From Spirochaetia bacterium (GTDB lineage Bacteria; Spirochaetota; Spirochaetia; SZUA-6; Bin103): 64,000 bases of DNA. Below, piece after piece: positions 14,095 to 24,562 of the stretch; the first letter of the stretch is position 1; every line of letters begins with the position of its first letter. The DNA lies in NCBI GenBank assembly GCA_965198005.1, contig CBDAOI010000004.1, positions 768,001-832,000 on the forward strand, written 5' to 3'. The position numbers were made by a program, and so were the translations under genes. Under the pieces are notes generated by a model. The model had not been told where the DNA came from. It did not search any database and saw only the letters and a list, made by a program, of their open reading frames with translations.

Positions 14095-15861
14095 TCAACG
14101 CCACCGCCACAGGTTCCCTCGAAGTTTCGGAATCCACTCTTCCAAGGCATCAAGCCATCGCATGCAATCCTCAGCCGTATCGCCAATGATGCCGGCGGAT
14201 ACGAGCGGTGACTCGGTGTTCCCTGTAGAAAGCGCCTTGCGAATCTCTTGCAGGATATTCTTTGTATTCTCTACACGGTACGCGAAAGAACCCGCGACGA
14301 AGTACGGATCGCCGCCCGGATACCTGGCGTTCTGGTGACGTGCCGCACTCAACGAGATCAGTATCTCAAGCTTGTCGAACAAGAGCGTGTATTGTTCGTC
14401 GTTCGAAACAAAATCTCTGGCTGACTCTCGTAACACTTCACATATCCAATCGTTAAGCGGGGCTTCCCTCCTTTCCATCCCCTCCAGTCTCCTTGCATCC
14501 TGCCCAATTCCATCATACATGCCGAACGGCGGAAGCAACTCCACTGCCGAAACATCCTCATGACGCTGCCGAATCGGTGTCGCGAATAAATACTCGAGAA
14601 AACCAAACCGCTCTGCCTCCACGGCTCCTAGACCCAAGGCGTAGAGGAGGAGAGTCCCAGGATATCGTTGCATGCCTAGCCAGAATCCCCGGCCGTTGCC
14701 CCCGAACGGCGACAATCTTGACAGGGCTCGTCGCCAAAGTGGGAAGTGGTCCTCCTCGGCCCAATAGCCGCCGATAGGCGCCATGGCGAGCAACGTCGAA
14801 CAAGCTGACTCGTAGCCGCGTGCACGTGCGGTCGCCGATTCGGTAGTGACAGCCGAAGCTCCGCTGACCGCGTAATCCCCACCGGACGTAGCCTCGATGA
14901 CCCGATCGACCGTCGCGTCAATGAGATCCGATAGCTGAATACGGTAACGTCGCTCGGAGACAAATCGCTTCAAGCTCGAAACGGCGGCTTCGACCGATAA
15001 CGGGTGCGGTCTCGAGAATTCCTCGATCGACTCGACGTACTGCTGAACATCGCGGAAAAAAGCGTCTGCACCCTCGATGCGGATCGTCTGTGCGCCGCGA
15101 TGGTCGATCAGTCGCCGCGCCTTGTCGCTCTCCTTTCCGTGCAGTGTCCAGTACGTGGCGAATCTCCGCGATCGAGCACGCAAGATGGCATTTCGCAACG
15201 CCTCGTCCCACTCGGCCGACCAGCCGCACACGACTAGACCAAACTCGTCAAGAATCCGATCGATCAGCGTATCGTATACGGCAGGATAGGACGAGAGTTC
15301 GGCCTGCGTGTTTCGAATACGCGTATCGAGATAGTCACCATGTACCTTGAACACGCAGCACCGTGTGTGAACGATCGGAACCGCTCCCTGCACTTGATCC
15401 GGAGAACTGAGAACTGCAGGTACCACACCGGCGTCGTTCAATGCGGCTTCCATCAAGCGGTCGAAATTCGTGGTTATGATCACTTTGACGAAGCCTTGCG
15501 CGCTCAGCGCCGCGACCGAACGATGCGCGGCTGTCGGCTGCTTCCAGCCATCTTCTCGCTCGCGTTCGTCTGGCTCCCAATACGCCCGCAACAACTGCTG
15601 CCGCTCGGCGGGCGTCTTCGCTATGGCGTCGAGAAGATCGGAGTATTCTGGCGCCGCTCCGAACCGGTCCCGGTACCATCGCTCGGGATCCGGTTCACAG
15701 GTCTGCTTGCTGAGAGCCGCGAGCTTGCGGATCAAGTCGAGGGTGATGTCCCAACCTGTCGGGATCTTCGCCGCCCGTGAGACGCCCGAACCAAGGAGAA
15801 CGGCGTAAACGCCCGGGTTGGCCTGCATCGAGAATGCGAGCGACTGGACCGGATCAATCAA
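14095..15861 (-). CDS. SIR2-like domain protein (putative defence NADase)
   Basis: LLGSGVSRAAKIPTG, IITTNFD, KVHGDY, VCGWSAEWD; long C-terminal domain. Confidence 0.85.
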   Translation of the reverse strand: MIDPVQSLAFSMQANPGVYAVLLGSGVSRAAKIPTGWDITLDLIRKLAALSKQTCEPDPERWYRDRFGAAPEYSDLLDAIAKTPAERQQLLRAYWEPDEREREDGWKQPTAAHRSVAALSAQGFVKVIITTNFDRLMEAALNDAGVVPAVLSSPDQVQGAVPIVHTRCCVFKVHGDYLDTRIRNTQAELSSYPAVYDTLIDRILDEFGLVVCGWSAEWDEALRNAILRARSRRFATYWTLHGKESDKARRLIDHRGAQTIRIEGADAFFRDVQQYVESIEEFSRPHPLSVEAAVSSLKRFVSERRYRIQLSDLIDATVDRVIEATSGGDYAVSGASAVTTESATARARGYESACSTLLAMAPIGGYWAEEDHFPLWRRALSRLSPFGGNGRGFWLGMQRYPGTLLLYALGLGAVEAERFGFLEYLFATPIRQRHEDVSAVELLPPFGMYDGIGQDARRLEGMERREAPLNDWICEVLRESARDFVSNDEQYTLLFDKLEILISLSAARHQNARYPGGDPYFVAGSFAYRVENTKNILQEIRKALSTGNTESPLVSAGIIGDTAEDCMRWLDALEEWIPKLRGNLWRWR

Positions 15862-17398
15862 GGCGTTCCTCCATGAATCGGTTGGTCCGCAATTGACCCG
15901 CGATCAGCCGCGGCAACAGGGTGTCGCGTATCCTGGATACACGGCGAGACTCGCAGGCCGCCGCGCTAGCGCGGGCCATGACCGACTGAACTATCTTCCC
16001 GAATGCTTGAGCGACGCGTGCTGAGGGACTGATGCACATGAACTGCGACAGCGCTTGTGCAGGCACGCGCTGTCGTCCACTCGTCCCCGACATGTTTCTT
16101 ATGAGAAACTCCCGAAAATGAGGGCTGCGAGCGAGACAATAGCCGAACTCTGTCGGAAGCGGCGGTCTTGGCCGCATGACGATGTACTCCGTCGACCCCC
16201 AACCTATAGCTCCGGACTGCAGAAAGTCTACGTAGGCCGTTTTTCCGTTCTCCAGACACGGTGTAATGCGCGCCACCAGGGTATCGCCGCTCGTGAATCG
16301 CATCCCGGATCCATAAGGCCTATCGACTACCGTATGAGGTGTGTGTCCCGTTGTCGGCATGTTCGCCATGTCCAGGTACGTTGCCATCTGTCCCTTCCGC
16401 AACCGCCGCGTCGGGTTGACGTCGATTATGTTGCTCAGTGGGGCCACTTCCCATCCTATTGGGACTTCACCAGTTTCTGACTCCACGAGCCGGCAGGGGA
16501 AGAGACCGACGATGTCCTTGGGCAAACCGGTGTCGCGGCCTTCCATCTTGGCGCGCACGGGGTCGAAGTCGACGAACCAGGACTTGAACAGTGCCCGCGC
16601 CAGCGCCTCCAGCGTCGCGTTCATCCGCCGGTTCAGCTCCATCTTGTCGTCGAGAGTGCCGAGAACGTGGGCGATAGCGCGCTGTTCGCCAACGGTCGCC
16701 GGGATGCGTACGATCTCTTCATGTAGGTGGTTCCGGTTTATGCCGGGAACTGCTGCCTTGTCCGAACACGACGAGAAGTCGAGTGATCTCAGGAAGTAGC
16801 TGATGAACCGAGGATCGTTTCCCTTGAAGTCTCGAACGTACAACGCGGTATTAAGGGGCCAGAAGGCGTCTGGGATGAAGAACACCTTCCCCAGCGTGCC
16901 ATATCGACCGGTCACAACCCCCGGACCCGGTACCCTACTCTCGGAGTGATAGTCTGTGACCCCCGATGAGGACACGACCGGCACAGCGCCCTCGACGCGT
17001 CTATGCTTCGGCAGGTCGTAGCCACGCTTGAGCGTAATCACTTCGCCCAATGTAGTCTCACGCCATCCATCGCTGTCGATTCGTTCCGTATCGCCGCCGA
17101 ATACCGAATGCTCGGCCTTGATCCCGTCGCGGAACGACTCCGGCACTTCATCCCACACAAACAGGTCGACCCGGAACGGCAGGTTGCTGTCCTCGAACGC
17201 CTCCCGCAGATCGCCCACTTGGCGCCGCTGTTCCGGTGTAGAGAACACCACTAGGTCAAGATCGGACCGCGGGGTGGAGGTCCACTTCGCCCGGGAGCCG
17301 TAAACCCAGGCTGTCGTACCCGGCAGATGCCGTTCCAGCAGGGCAAGAACGGTACTGCGCTCCGCCGCCGTGATGTCGATAGCCGGGTCTACTCCCAT
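15854..17398 (-). CDS. hsdS: Type I R-M specificity subunit with N-terminal MNT nucleotidyltransferase domain
   Basis: N-terminal VYGSRAKWTSTPRSDLDL (GSx10DxD); then two TRDs, EQRAIAHVLGTLDDK, LFKSWFVDFDPV, IRDTLLPRLIAG. Confidence 0.9.
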   Translation of the reverse strand: MGVDPAIDITAAERSTVLALLERHLPGTTAWVYGSRAKWTSTPRSDLDLVVFSTPEQRRQVGDLREAFEDSNLPFRVDLFVWDEVPESFRDGIKAEHSVFGGDTERIDSDGWRETTLGEVITLKRGYDLPKHRRVEGAVPVVSSSGVTDYHSESRVPGPGVVTGRYGTLGKVFFIPDAFWPLNTALYVRDFKGNDPRFISYFLRSLDFSSCSDKAAVPGINRNHLHEEIVRIPATVGEQRAIAHVLGTLDDKMELNRRMNATLEALARALFKSWFVDFDPVRAKMEGRDTGLPKDIVGLFPCRLVESETGEVPIGWEVAPLSNIIDVNPTRRLRKGQMATYLDMANMPTTGHTPHTVVDRPYGSGMRFTSGDTLVARITPCLENGKTAYVDFLQSGAIGWGSTEYIVMRPRPPLPTEFGYCLARSPHFREFLIRNMSGTSGRQRVPAQALSQFMCISPSARVAQAFGKIVQSVMARASAAACESRRVSRIRDTLLPRLIAGQLRTNRFMEERLD

Positions 17399-17805
17399 GT
17401 CGCTCCGCTCATGGTCTGGTAGATGCCGATCGCGTCGTCTATGAAGTCAGGGACCAGTGCGAGGCAGTTTAGCGCTTTCTCACCGTCGTAGTCGTGTGAC
17501 GTGTCGATCCGAGCATCGGCGTAGCGCAGCCACCGCTCCGACGGCGATGCGAGCAGGTGGTTCTCATGGGCGAGCCTGAAGATCGGCTTGGGGCTGTTGG
17601 GTACTTCCGCGACTCCCAGTTCCTCGGTGAGATACCTCTTCAGAACCTTCCACAGGCAGTCGTAGCAGGTTTCAAACCGCTGAATGACCGATTCCGCGAT
17701 TCCCTCACGGTCCAGCTCGGAGCGCTCATGACCGCCGTGTTGGTGGTTGTCGTACTGCTCCTCCAGACGCTTGAGCGATAGCTGGAACTTGTCGTACTCG
17801 ATCAT
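17389..17805 (-). CDS. HEPN-domain protein (nucleotidyltransferase substrate-binding, HI0074/HepT type)
   Basis: [35 protein letters not shown] (Rx4HxY). Confidence 0.85.
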   Translation of the reverse strand: MIEYDKFQLSLKRLEEQYDNHQHGGHERSELDREGIAESVIQRFETCYDCLWKVLKRYLTEELGVAEVPNSPKPIFRLAHENHLLASPSERWLRYADARIDTSHDYDGEKALNCLALVPDFIDDAIGIYQTMSGATWE

Positions 17806-18340
17806 CCGCGGTCTCCATTTGACGTTCCCTGGCTGCCCGACACGCTGAACCCGAGCGTCTTCAGATTCTCGGCGATGGCGGTGTCGAGGCGTGCTCCGTC
17901 GGCCTGCTGAACTTCCAGCTCTGCGACCAGCCGCCGCATTTTCTGCTCGAACGGCTCGCGGTCGTCTTCCGGCACCTCCACTCCGACGTAACGTCCGGGC
18001 GTGAGCACGTGGCCGTGCTTGCCCACCTCCTCCAACGTCGTGCTCTTGCAGAAGCCGGGAATGTCGGCGTAGTCGCCGGCCGCTTTTTCTCCACGCCATG
18101 CATGGTAGGTGTCGGCGATGCGGGCGAGGTCGTCTTCGGTCAGCTCCCGGTGAGTTCGGTCTACCATGCGGCCAAGCTTGCGAGCGTCGACAAATAGCAT
18201 CGCACCGCGTCGGTCGCGGAACTTATCGCGTTGGCGGTCTCGCGCCAGAAACCAGAGGCACGCGGGGATCTGCGTCGAGTAGAAGAGCTGGCCTGGCAGC
18301 GCAACCATGCAGTCGACCATGCCTTCGAAGATCGCTGAAG
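17802..18340 (-). pseudogene. hsdM: C-terminal fragment of type I methyltransferase
   Basis: [42 protein letters not shown]-binding and NPPF motifs absent; abuts the aminopeptidase 3' end. Confidence 0.85.
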
Positions 18341-18349
18341 GAGCGACAG

Positions 18350-19597
18350 TCACGATACCTGTTCCTGACGTCCGGTAGCCCACTCGCCGGCGCGCATCAC
18401 CGGTTCGGTGGAGCCGTCGGCGAGCACGCCGTCGAGGTCCAGCCGGTCGGAGCCGATCATGAAGTCCACGTGGGTGGCGCTGGAGTTGGCGCCGGCGGCC
18501 GCGAGCTGCTGTTCCGACATGGCGTCGGCTCCGCTGAGGCATACCGTGTACGCTTGGCCGAGGGCGAGGTGGCAGGAGGCGTTCTCGTCGAACAGCGTGT
18601 TGTAGAACAGCCGGCCGAGGGCTGCAATGGGAGAGCCGTGCGGCACCAGGGCGATCTCGCCCAGGCGGGCGGCGCCGTCGTCGGTCGCGATCAGTTTCTC
18701 CAGCACCTCGGCGCCGGATTCCGCCTCGATCCGGACGACTCGGCCGCGCTCGAAGGTCAGGCTGAAGTTGTCGATCAGCCGGCCGCCGTAGTTCAGCGGC
18801 TTGGTGGACGCTACCGTGCCGTCGACCCGCCGGCTGTGCGGCATGGTGAATACCTCCTCGGTGGGGATGTTGGGGACGAACCGGGTGCCCTGGGCGTTGT
18901 GGTCGATGCCGCCCTTCCAGACGTGGCCGTCGGGGAGGCCGACGGTGAGGTCGGTGCCGGGCGCGGCGTAGCGGAGCGCAGTGTAGGCGCGCCGGTTCAG
19001 GTGCGCGCGCCGCGCCTCCAGCGCGTCGACGTGGCGGCGCCAGGCTGCGCGCGGGTCCGGCTGGTCCGCCCGGCAGGCGCGGAAGATGGCGTCCCACAGC
19101 CGGGCTACCTGCTGATGCGCCGGCGCTTCGGGAAACACCCGTGCCGCCCAGGGGGCGACCGCGGCCGCGATCACGCACCAACTCACGCGCATGGTGGTGA
19201 CGTAGTCGCGACGGAAAGGTCTCACGTGCTCGGAAGCGACGCGCAGGGTGGTCGCCACGCGCGCGGGATCCTGGTCCTTGAGCAGGTCGGGATTGCCGCC
19301 GACCACCGTGAGAAACGCCGCGCCCTGCTCGGCGCGCTCGATCAGGCCCCTGACGCGCCAGGTAGGGTACTCCTCGAACGAGTCGGCCGGCGCGTGCTCG
19401 AATCGCACCAGCTCCAACTGGTCGTCGCTGTAGGAGACGTCCACGTAGGGGCAGCCGGCGTCGTAGGCGCGTGCCGCCAGCGCCCGGCTCAGCTCGACCG
19501 CCGCGATCGGTGCGCGGATGACCAAGCGCTGCCCGGGCTGCAGATTCAGGCCCACGCCGATCGCCAAGTCGGCGTAGCGCTGCAGGTTGGTCGTCAC
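18350..19597 (-). CDS. M29 aminopeptidase (AmpS/PepS type)
   Basis: [58 protein letters not shown]. Confidence 0.92.
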   Translation of the reverse strand: MTTNLQRYADLAIGVGLNLQPGQRLVIRAPIAAVELSRALAARAYDAGCPYVDVSYSDDQLELVRFEHAPADSFEEYPTWRVRGLIERAEQGAAFLTVVGGNPDLLKDQDPARVATTLRVASEHVRPFRRDYVTTMRVSWCVIAAAVAPWAARVFPEAPAHQQVARLWDAIFRACRADQPDPRAAWRRHVDALEARRAHLNRRAYTALRYAAPGTDLTVGLPDGHVWKGGIDHNAQGTRFVPNIPTEEVFTMPHSRRVDGTVASTKPLNYGGRLIDNFSLTFERGRVVRIEAESGAEVLEKLIATDDGAARLGEIALVPHGSPIAALGRLFYNTLFDENASCHLALGQAYTVCLSGADAMSEQQLAAAGANSSATHVDFMIGSDRLDLDGVLADGSTEPVMRAGEWATGRQEQVS

Positions 19598-19736
19598 GGC
19601 GAGAGTGTAACGCATCCGGCATCGCCTATATTTCCCCGGATGGGATATTCGTGCGACATTTCTTCGCCATTATCCACCGCAACGAGGGCGCAACGTCCTC
19701 GAACAGACTGAGGGGCGACCCCCGAGGAGGATAACA

Positions 19737-20270
19737 ATGGCAGGCACGTCATTGATCACGTTATCGATGAGGAACACGCGCTGGCTCGCGGTGCTGATTG
19801 CACTGACGGCTGTGGCCGCGACCGGCGGTTGCAGCGGCATGGGCGACATGAATGCGGGCGAGCATGAGGCCGGCGAAGAGGGCGAGGAGGAATCCCGCGC
19901 CATGCTGGCCCTGGACCAGACCTACGATGGGGTGCGCAACGGTGCGCGGCTCATCATGCGCTACGACGCGGAGGCCAACGCCTTCGTCGGCACGGTGCGG
20001 AATGTCACCGACGGCACCCTGCCGCTGGTGCGGGTGGAGGTTCACCTGTCGAACGGCACGGAGCTCGGTCCCACGACGCCGGTTGACTTGGCGCCCGGCG
20101 AGACGATCGACGTGGAGTTGAAGGCGCCGGCCGCGGCGTTCACCGGCTGGACGGCTCACCCGGAATCGGGCCCCGGTCACGGCGCCGGTGGCGAACACGG
20201 TGGCCAACACGGCACGGGCGGTGACAGCGGCGGCGAGCACGGCGGGGGCGGCGAGAGCGGCGGCGGTTGA
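19737..20270 (+). CDS. Hypothetical lipoprotein with Glu/His-rich N-terminus and Gly/His-rich tail
   Basis: Hydrophobic signal ending in Cys; beta-rich core; GEHGG repeats. Confidence 0.65.
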   Translation: MAGTSLITLSMRNTRWLAVLIALTAVAATGGCSGMGDMNAGEHEAGEEGEEESRAMLALDQTYDGVRNGARLIMRYDAEANAFVGTVRNVTDGTLPLVRVEVHLSNGTELGPTTPVDLAPGETIDVELKAPAAAFTGWTAHPESGPGHGAGGEHGGQHGTGGDSGGEHGGGGESGGG

Positions 20271-20354
20271 GGCCGCTTGAGACGACCTCGGTATACTCGG
20301 GCGCGGCGCTCATCGGGGCGCCGCGCCGTATCATTGCTTTTTCGCGGAGGCGTA

Positions 20355-21029
20355 ATGACCAGTCGCACGATTCTGATCGTCGAGGACGAACCGCGGATCG
20401 CCCATTGGCTCAAGGTCCATTTCGAACGAGCGGGGTTCCACGCCGAAGTCGCCGGCGACGGACGCACCGGCTTGGCTCTTGCCCGCTCTCGCCGTCCCCA
20501 CCTGATCGTGCTCGATCTGATGCTGCCGCGTCTCGACGGGATGCAGGTGTGCCGCATCCTGCGTCGCGAGTCGGCCGTGCCGATCATCATGCTCACGGCG
20601 CGCGAGACCCATGCCGATCGCATCGACGGGCTCGACCGCGGCGCCGATGACTACATTGTCAAACCGTTCGACCCCGACGAGGTCGTGGCGCGCGCCAAGG
20701 CGGTGTTGCGGCGCGTCGATGACAAAGTGCGGCAGGTTCTGACCTGCGGCGCCATCACGATCGACGAGACCACCCGCCAGGCTTCGGTCGGCGACCGGCC
20801 GCTCAGCTTGACCCGCGCGCAGTTCGCGCTGCTCGCCGCGTTCATGCGGCATCCCCGGCAGGTGCTCACCCGCGACCAGCTCATCACCCTGGCCTTCAAC
20901 GACGACTTCGAGGCGTACGAGCGCGCGATCGACAACCACGTTCTTCGTCTACGCAAACAGCTCGGCGGCGAGGGCCGGCAGCCGATCCAAACGGTGTACG
21001 GCGCCGGCTACCGTTTCGTGCCGGAGTAG
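20355..21029 (+). CDS. OmpR-family response regulator
   Basis: ILIVEDE, VLDLMLP, MLTAR, GADDYIVKPF, TVYGAGY. Confidence 0.92.
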   Translation: MTSRTILIVEDEPRIAHWLKVHFERAGFHAEVAGDGRTGLALARSRRPHLIVLDLMLPRLDGMQVCRILRRESAVPIIMLTARETHADRIDGLDRGADDYIVKPFDPDEVVARAKAVLRRVDDKVRQVLTCGAITIDETTRQASVGDRPLSLTRAQFALLAAFMRHPRQVLTRDQLITLAFNDDFEAYERAIDNHVLRLRKQLGGEGRQPIQTVYGAGYRFVPE

Positions 21030-21031
21030 TC

Positions 21032-22459
21032 GTGAGCGAGCGCACGACGTCGTTGCGCGGGCGCATTCTGCGGGCGTTCGTCCTGATCGTCGCTCTGGCC
21101 GTAGTGCTCGGCGTAGCGGTCGGTTACTACGTCACCCAGGGTCAAATGGATGCGTTCGTGGAACAGCTCATCGCGGTCGAAGCGAACAACGTGGCGCGCA
21201 GCTTGAGCCGCGCCTACCGCTCTGCCGGCGGCTGGGCGACGGTCGACCGGGTGCTGGCCGACGCCGGCTATTTCTACGACGAGGGAGACGCGGAACACGA
21301 AGGCCGCGGTGAACGCGCCGAACACGGCTCCGAGACGTTCCACGTCGATCGCGTGCGGATCGTGGTCGTCGACGGCGACGGCACGGTGATCCGCGACAAC
21401 CTGTTCCGGCTGCGGCCGGGCACGCCGGCGCCGGAATTGGGCGGAAAGCGGGTCGCCGTGATCGACGACCAGACCGGACGGCCGGTCGGTGCCGTGTACG
21501 TGGACGCCGATCGCGCGTTTCTGGCGACCGAAGCGCATGGGTTCCTGCGCCGCACGCTGACCACGACCGCGTTCGGCGGGGTGCTGATCGCCGCCGCGGC
21601 GCTGGCGTTGGCGGCCTGGATCTCGGGCCGCATCACGGCCCCGGTCACGCGTCTGACCGCAGCCGCCCGGAGCGTCGCGCGACAAGGTGACAGCGCCCTC
21701 CTTCCGATCACTTCCGCCGACGAACTGGGCCAGATGAGCGCGGCGTTCAATCGCATGACGAGCGCCCTTCAAACGCAGCGTGATCTGCGCCGGCGGCTGA
21801 TCGATGATCTGTCCCACGAGTTGAACACCCCGCTGAGCGTCATCCAATTGGAAGCGAAGGGGCTGCTCGACGGAATGCAGGAACCGGCCGAGGCCGCGGA
21901 CCGGATCATTCGGGAGGTGACGATGCTGCGCAACCTGGTACGGGATCTGAACTGGCTGGCGGAAACCGATTCGGGCGAATTGCGGCTTGCCCGGGAATCG
22001 TGCCCGGTCTCCCAACTGCTCAGCACCGAGCTGCAACGGTGGCAGCCGCAGGCTCGGGTGCGCCGGGTAAGCTTGTCGTTCCAGCCGCAATCGGGCCTAC
22101 CGGCGCTGGATCTCGACCGGACGCGCATGAGCCAGGCGCTGGGCAACGTGGTGCGCAACGCGTTGCAGCATACCGCGGCCGGCGGACGGATCGCGGTCGC
22201 GGCAGGAGTGGAGCCGGACGGGCGAGTGGCAATAACGGTCGCGGACGATGGCGCGGGAATCGACCCCGCCGACCTGCCGCACCTGTTCGATCGCCTCTAC
22301 CGGGCCGACCAATCCCGCACCCGAGGCACCGGCGGCTCAGGTCTGGGACTGGCGATCGCGCGCGCCATCGTCATGGCCCATGCCGGCACGATCAGCGTGA
22401 CCAGCGCGGGATTGGGACAGGGGACGACCGTGCGCTTCTTTCTTCCCGGCGCGGCCTGA
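21032..22459 (+). CDS. HAMP-domain sensor histidine kinase (BaeS-like)
   Basis: 2 TM, DELGQM, SHELNTPL, NVVRNA, DDGAGI, GSGLGLAI. Confidence 0.92.
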   Translation: MSERTTSLRGRILRAFVLIVALAVVLGVAVGYYVTQGQMDAFVEQLIAVEANNVARSLSRAYRSAGGWATVDRVLADAGYFYDEGDAEHEGRGERAEHGSETFHVDRVRIVVVDGDGTVIRDNLFRLRPGTPAPELGGKRVAVIDDQTGRPVGAVYVDADRAFLATEAHGFLRRTLTTTAFGGVLIAAAALALAAWISGRITAPVTRLTAAARSVARQGDSALLPITSADELGQMSAAFNRMTSALQTQRDLRRRLIDDLSHELNTPLSVIQLEAKGLLDGMQEPAEAADRIIREVTMLRNLVRDLNWLAETDSGELRLARESCPVSQLLSTELQRWQPQARVRRVSLSFQPQSGLPALDLDRTRMSQALGNVVRNALQHTAAGGRIAVAAGVEPDGRVAITVADDGAGIDPADLPHLFDRLYRADQSRTRGTGGSGLGLAIARAIVMAHAGTISVTSAGLGQGTTVRFFLPGAA

Positions 22460-22555
22460 CAAAGTGCCGGCGTGCCCGCGCGCGGTCATGGCGCTGCGCT
22501 ACTCCCTCCGAGGAACTGCCCGAGTTGCACTCCGGCGCGTCTGGCAGCCACGCCC

Positions 22556-23335
22556 TCAGAGCCGGTAGGACGGGTCTTCCCGGTCCAGAATCTCCCGCAG
22601 CTCGCGAAAGTGGTCGTCGCTCAGGTGCGGATAGTCGCGCCACTGGCGCGCGGTCTTGGCCGCCACCCGGTCGGAGACGATGCGCAACTCCCGGCCGGTC
22701 TGCAGGGCGGTGAGGTAGGTCGCGCAGGCGCGCTCGAAATAGTAGAGATCGTCGAACGCGCGGGCGACCGTGGCGCCGGTCACCATGACCCCGTGGTGGC
22801 GCAGCAGCAGAACCGGTCCGGCGCCGGCCAGGCGGGCGACGCGGTCGGCCTCGTCGTCCAGCCCCATGCCGTCGAATTGGTCATCGACCGTCACGCGGCC
22901 CCAGAACCGCATGGCGTTCTGGTCGATTGGGGGCAGCGTCGGATCGGCCAGACAGGCAAGCGCGGTCGCATACCGGGAGTGCACGTGCAGCACGCACCGC
23001 GCCTGCGGCACCTGGCGGTGGATGACGCCGTGCAGCGCCCAGGCGGTGGGGTCGGGAGCATCCGGCCGCTGCATCGTTTGCTCGTCACCGGCCTCGAGCA
23101 GCAGCAGCTCGCTCGCCCTGATGCGCGCGAAGTGGCGGCCTCTGGGGTTGATCAGGAACCGCGTGCCCGCCTCGCCGACCGCGAGACTGAAGTGGTTGGC
23201 GACCGCTTCGTGCAGGTCGTAGCGGGCCGCCCAGCGGAAGGCGCAGGCGAGAGCGATGCGCTCGCCGGCGAACTCCATGCCCGGTTGGCCGAGCGGTGCG
23301 GGCTGATCAGGGTGATCGGGGTGATTCGCGGCCAT
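22556..23335 (-). CDS. Class II aldolase/adducin family protein
   Basis: EAVANHFS, LHGVIH, VLHVH, LRHHG. Confidence 0.85.
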   Translation of the reverse strand: MAANHPDHPDQPAPLGQPGMEFAGERIALACAFRWAARYDLHEAVANHFSLAVGEAGTRFLINPRGRHFARIRASELLLLEAGDEQTMQRPDAPDPTAWALHGVIHRQVPQARCVLHVHSRYATALACLADPTLPPIDQNAMRFWGRVTVDDQFDGMGLDDEADRVARLAGAGPVLLLRHHGVMVTGATVARAFDDLYYFERACATYLTALQTGRELRIVSDRVAAKTARQWRDYPHLSDDHFRELREILDREDPSYRL

Positions 23336-23512
23336 GACTGATCTCCTCATGATGATCGCCGGCCACGGTAGCGGGCCGGCGGTCTGCCTGTCCATCGGCG
23401 GTGGCGGACGGCCGGCGGACGGGGCGGCCGGCGGGAACGGCAGGCGGCGGGAGCTCCGGGTCTCCGGGACGCCGGGACGTGCCACCGGCGCGGGCTGGGT
23501 TATGGTGTGCGC

Positions 23513-24512
23513 ATGCCGTACTTCGCCCCCGACCGTCTGTCCGCCCACGCCGCGGCCCTGCTCGAGGCCGCCGGCACGCCGTGTGACATCGCCCGACTGG
23601 TGGCGGATTCGCTGGTGCTGGCCGACCTGCTGGGCCATCCGTCGCACGGCGTGCGGCGTGTGCCCCGCTACCTGGAGCTGGTGCGCGAAGGCCGCACCGT
23701 GCCGGACGCGCGCCCGCGGCTGGCACGCGAGACCGCCGTGACCGGGCTGGTCGACGGCCGGAGCGGGTTCGGCCAGTTTGGCGCGCGCTACGCCGCCACG
23801 GTGGCGTGCGACAAGGCCCGCGCCGAGGGGCTGGCGGCGGTGGGGTTGTTCAACACCGGTCACGTCGGACGCCTGGGCGAGTGGGTCACGCTGGCGTCCG
23901 ACCGGGGCCTGATCGGGCTCGCGTTCTGCAACGGCGGTCCGCGCGGCGGGCAGGTGGCGCCGTTCGGCGGTGCCGGTGCCGGACGGAGCACCCATCGTGG
24001 TCGACTTCGCGACCAGCATGGCCGCCGAGGGCAAGCTGGCCGTGGCCCGCGACCGCGGCGTGCCGGTGCCCGCGGGCACCATCCTGGACCGTGCCGGCAA
24101 CCCGACCACGGCGCCCGAGGACTACTTCAATGGCGGCATGCTGCTGCCCGCCGGCGGGCACAAGGGTACCGGGCTGGCGCTGCTGGTGGACGTGCTGGGC
24201 GGGATCCTCACCGGCGCCGGCTGCCCGTCCTGCGAGCAGTCGACGCCGATCAACGGCGTGCTCTTCCTGATGCTGAATCCCGGGTTCTTCCGCGCGCAGG
24301 ACGCGATCGACCGCGACCTTGCCAGCCTGCTGCGCGCGATCAAGGCAACCCCGCCCGCTGCCGGTGTCGATGAGGTGCTGGTGCCCGGCGAGCCGGAACA
24401 GCGCAACCAGGCCCGGCAGGCCGGCACCGGCGTAGAACTGGACGAGCCGTCCTGGCGCAGCCTGCTGCGCGCCGCCGAGGAACTGAACGTCCCGCTTGAA
24501 GGCGCCCGCTGA
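23513..24512 (+). pseudogene. Ldh_2-family (malate/lactate/ureidoglycolate) dehydrogenase, frameshifting deletion at ~23970
   Basis: GHPSHGV, HVGRLG in one frame; VVDFATS..GK, GHKGTGLA, VLVPGEPE in another; the TNP segment is missing at GGTGCCGGTGCC. Confidence 0.8.
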
Positions 24513-24562
24513 GCGTGGCGGAGCTGCGCAGATGTCGACCGCGGCTGAGGCGCCGCCCGCCG

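Noticed and set aside
17802-19622. 606-aa ORF as a full HsdM
   Set aside because: The upstream two-thirds is an off-frame shadow of the aminopeptidase; only the last ~175 aa are HsdM
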